Below, piece after piece: positions 62,301 to 64,000 of a DNA stretch of 64,000 nt (position 1 is its first letter; the number at the start of each line of letters is the position of its first letter). The stretch spans positions 163,556,001 through 163,620,000 of the forward strand of contig OZ296648.1 of the NCBI GenBank assembly GCA_965655095.1. Reading direction: 5' to 3'. Under the pieces are notes generated by a model. It was not told the DNA's origin, ran no database searches, and saw only the letters and a program-made list of their open reading frames with translations. A program made the position numbers and the translations under genes. Source of the stretch: Haplodiscus bocki (Eukaryota).

Positions 62301-64000
62301 TGGAGACAAATCAATTTATCAGCAAATTTTGGCAATTTTGGACGACCAAAAATCTGAATTTGAGAACAAACCGATGTTGTCGCCAAAGAAGACTTCTGTG
62401 CAAGCTTGGGGATTCCGAATGAGAACTTGATGGAACGAATTGAGCCAGTATCTACAGAGAACTAAAATCTTTGTCAATTTAGGTTTTCAAAAATTAGTGG
62501 CACTTTTGTTCTCATTTCCGGTCTATCAGGATTTTGACCTACAAACAAAGGAAAATTTTTTGAAATGGTATAACTTTATACAAATTAACAGTTTTGGATT
62601 GAGGCGTATACGAAGGATATGAACATTTTATTTTTTGGGGAAAGTTGATTTGCAACTTCTAGGAATTTCAATTCTAATTTCTGTTTTGGGCGGTTCCTCA
62701 ATGTGAAGACCGCAGAAGAATTTGTGCCACTGGATTCATTTCCGAAGTATCTCGGTGTTTTCTGGCGCCGGAGAATCTAGGATAGTACAAAAAACTGATA
62801 GCAAAAGGTTACGAAAAAATTCAACTATTGACCGAGGTTTTTTGAAGGAGGTTTACAAAAAGGCCTGTTTTTTTCGGCCTGTTAGGAGAACGAGAATTTT
62901 TTTTCCTATTTTTTCGCAATATAACCTCAGAAGAACGATTTGTAGCAGTTGCGTTGCAAAACAGATTTTTGAAAAAAATGGCCCAACTGTCTCACGACCC
63001 CAAATATTGACGGAGAAAAACTATTTTTCGCTACTCTAGAAAATAGAAACGTGTTAACGAGTGTCTAAAAATACATGAAATTACGGTTAACAGTGGGACT
63101 CTAACCCGCCGCTTCTTGCTTCCCAACTGAAGCGAAACCCGACAAATAAAATAAACAAGATTCCAACGACTCTGCATAGTTGGACTCCGCGCGTTTTGGG
63201 CAATGTCAGGAAAAGGAGAAAAATCTCGATTTAATATTTCAATGTGGTAAATTCTTTTCAACGGAAAACAACAATGGGAACACAAATTTAGAGAATACAT
63301 TATGTAGTGGTTTCAACTACTAGTTTTCAACGGAATAGTCAATTCTTTTGTTTTTTCTGTAGATGACCGTTGACTGTCACTGAAGTTAACGGCTAATGGT
63401 TGGTTCGTAAGCAAACATTCTTCAAAAGGAATATTGTGTATCAAATTTTCCTCCTCTTCATGCGATATCCTTCTGATTTCCTTCGTATTTTGCGGCATGT
63501 ATTTCTTTATTTAAACATTTTGTTAGTTTAATACGAATATCTAACTGTACCGTAAAAATTCTGTGCTTTTGTTGTTCCAAGTTTGATTGAAAATCTCCGC
63601 TATGAACTGTTTCTAATATCGAGTTGACTATCCGTAATAGTTGTTGTACCGTTGTTACCTGCCAGGTTGTCCTGCAATTCGCCTTCTTCCCCCTACAGAA
63701 CAAAAAAGGACGATCTTGCCGTCTCTTCACTTTCGACGGTTCTCCTGGCTGGTTTCGCCGTTACGGGTCGGGTTACCACTGTGACTAATACTTTAACATC
63801 TAGAAAAAAAACGCTGAACCCAATCGATATACGGCTCTGAAATATAAAATAGTCGTCGCGTATCGTCTGATCGCTCTCGGCTTTCAGGCCCTTTAGTGTT
63901 GTAATAAGGTCTTTATCAAGGCTGTCTCCTACATTCATAAAGCAAAATCCCTCTTAAAGTCATTCTCGGCTCTTCTGACGTTTTTCCACCTCAGCGGAAA

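Overview
AT-rich, repeat-laden animal (invertebrate-like) genomic DNA with spliceosomal GT-AG introns; it is not prokaryotic and has no CRISPR array. Four host genes lie on the + strand. (1) A 5'-incomplete coiled-coil/low-complexity gene of at least 10 exons, possibly centrobin-like (~7379-16618), rebuilt by hand from phase-consistent splice sites. (2) Mitochondrial methionyl-tRNA synthetase with an uninterrupted CDS (21185-22849). (3) Two-exon RNA polymerase II subunit RPB11 (23326-24162), whose first exon the ORF track misses. (4) An unusually long Drosha of ~2046 aa in one uninterrupted ORF (25592-31732). Genes 2-4 each have a TTTCAG splice acceptor 0-6 nt before the ATG. From ~35150 to ~49150 (- strand) there is a decayed ~14 kb Ty3/Gypsy LTR element (gag-CCHC, PR, RT, RH, IN-GPY). 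It carries an env-like ORF resembling class III fusion glycoproteins (chuvirus G / herpesvirus gB), plus extra accessory-ORF space. Other repeats: a Penelope RT fragment, Helentron/DINE-like elements with a 10-copy ~120 bp array, tRNA-derived modules, three degenerate ~175 bp-period arrays, and a very decayed Maverick/Polinton-type pPolB relic near 59-60 kb. All homology calls come from manual translation and recalled motifs; no searches were run.
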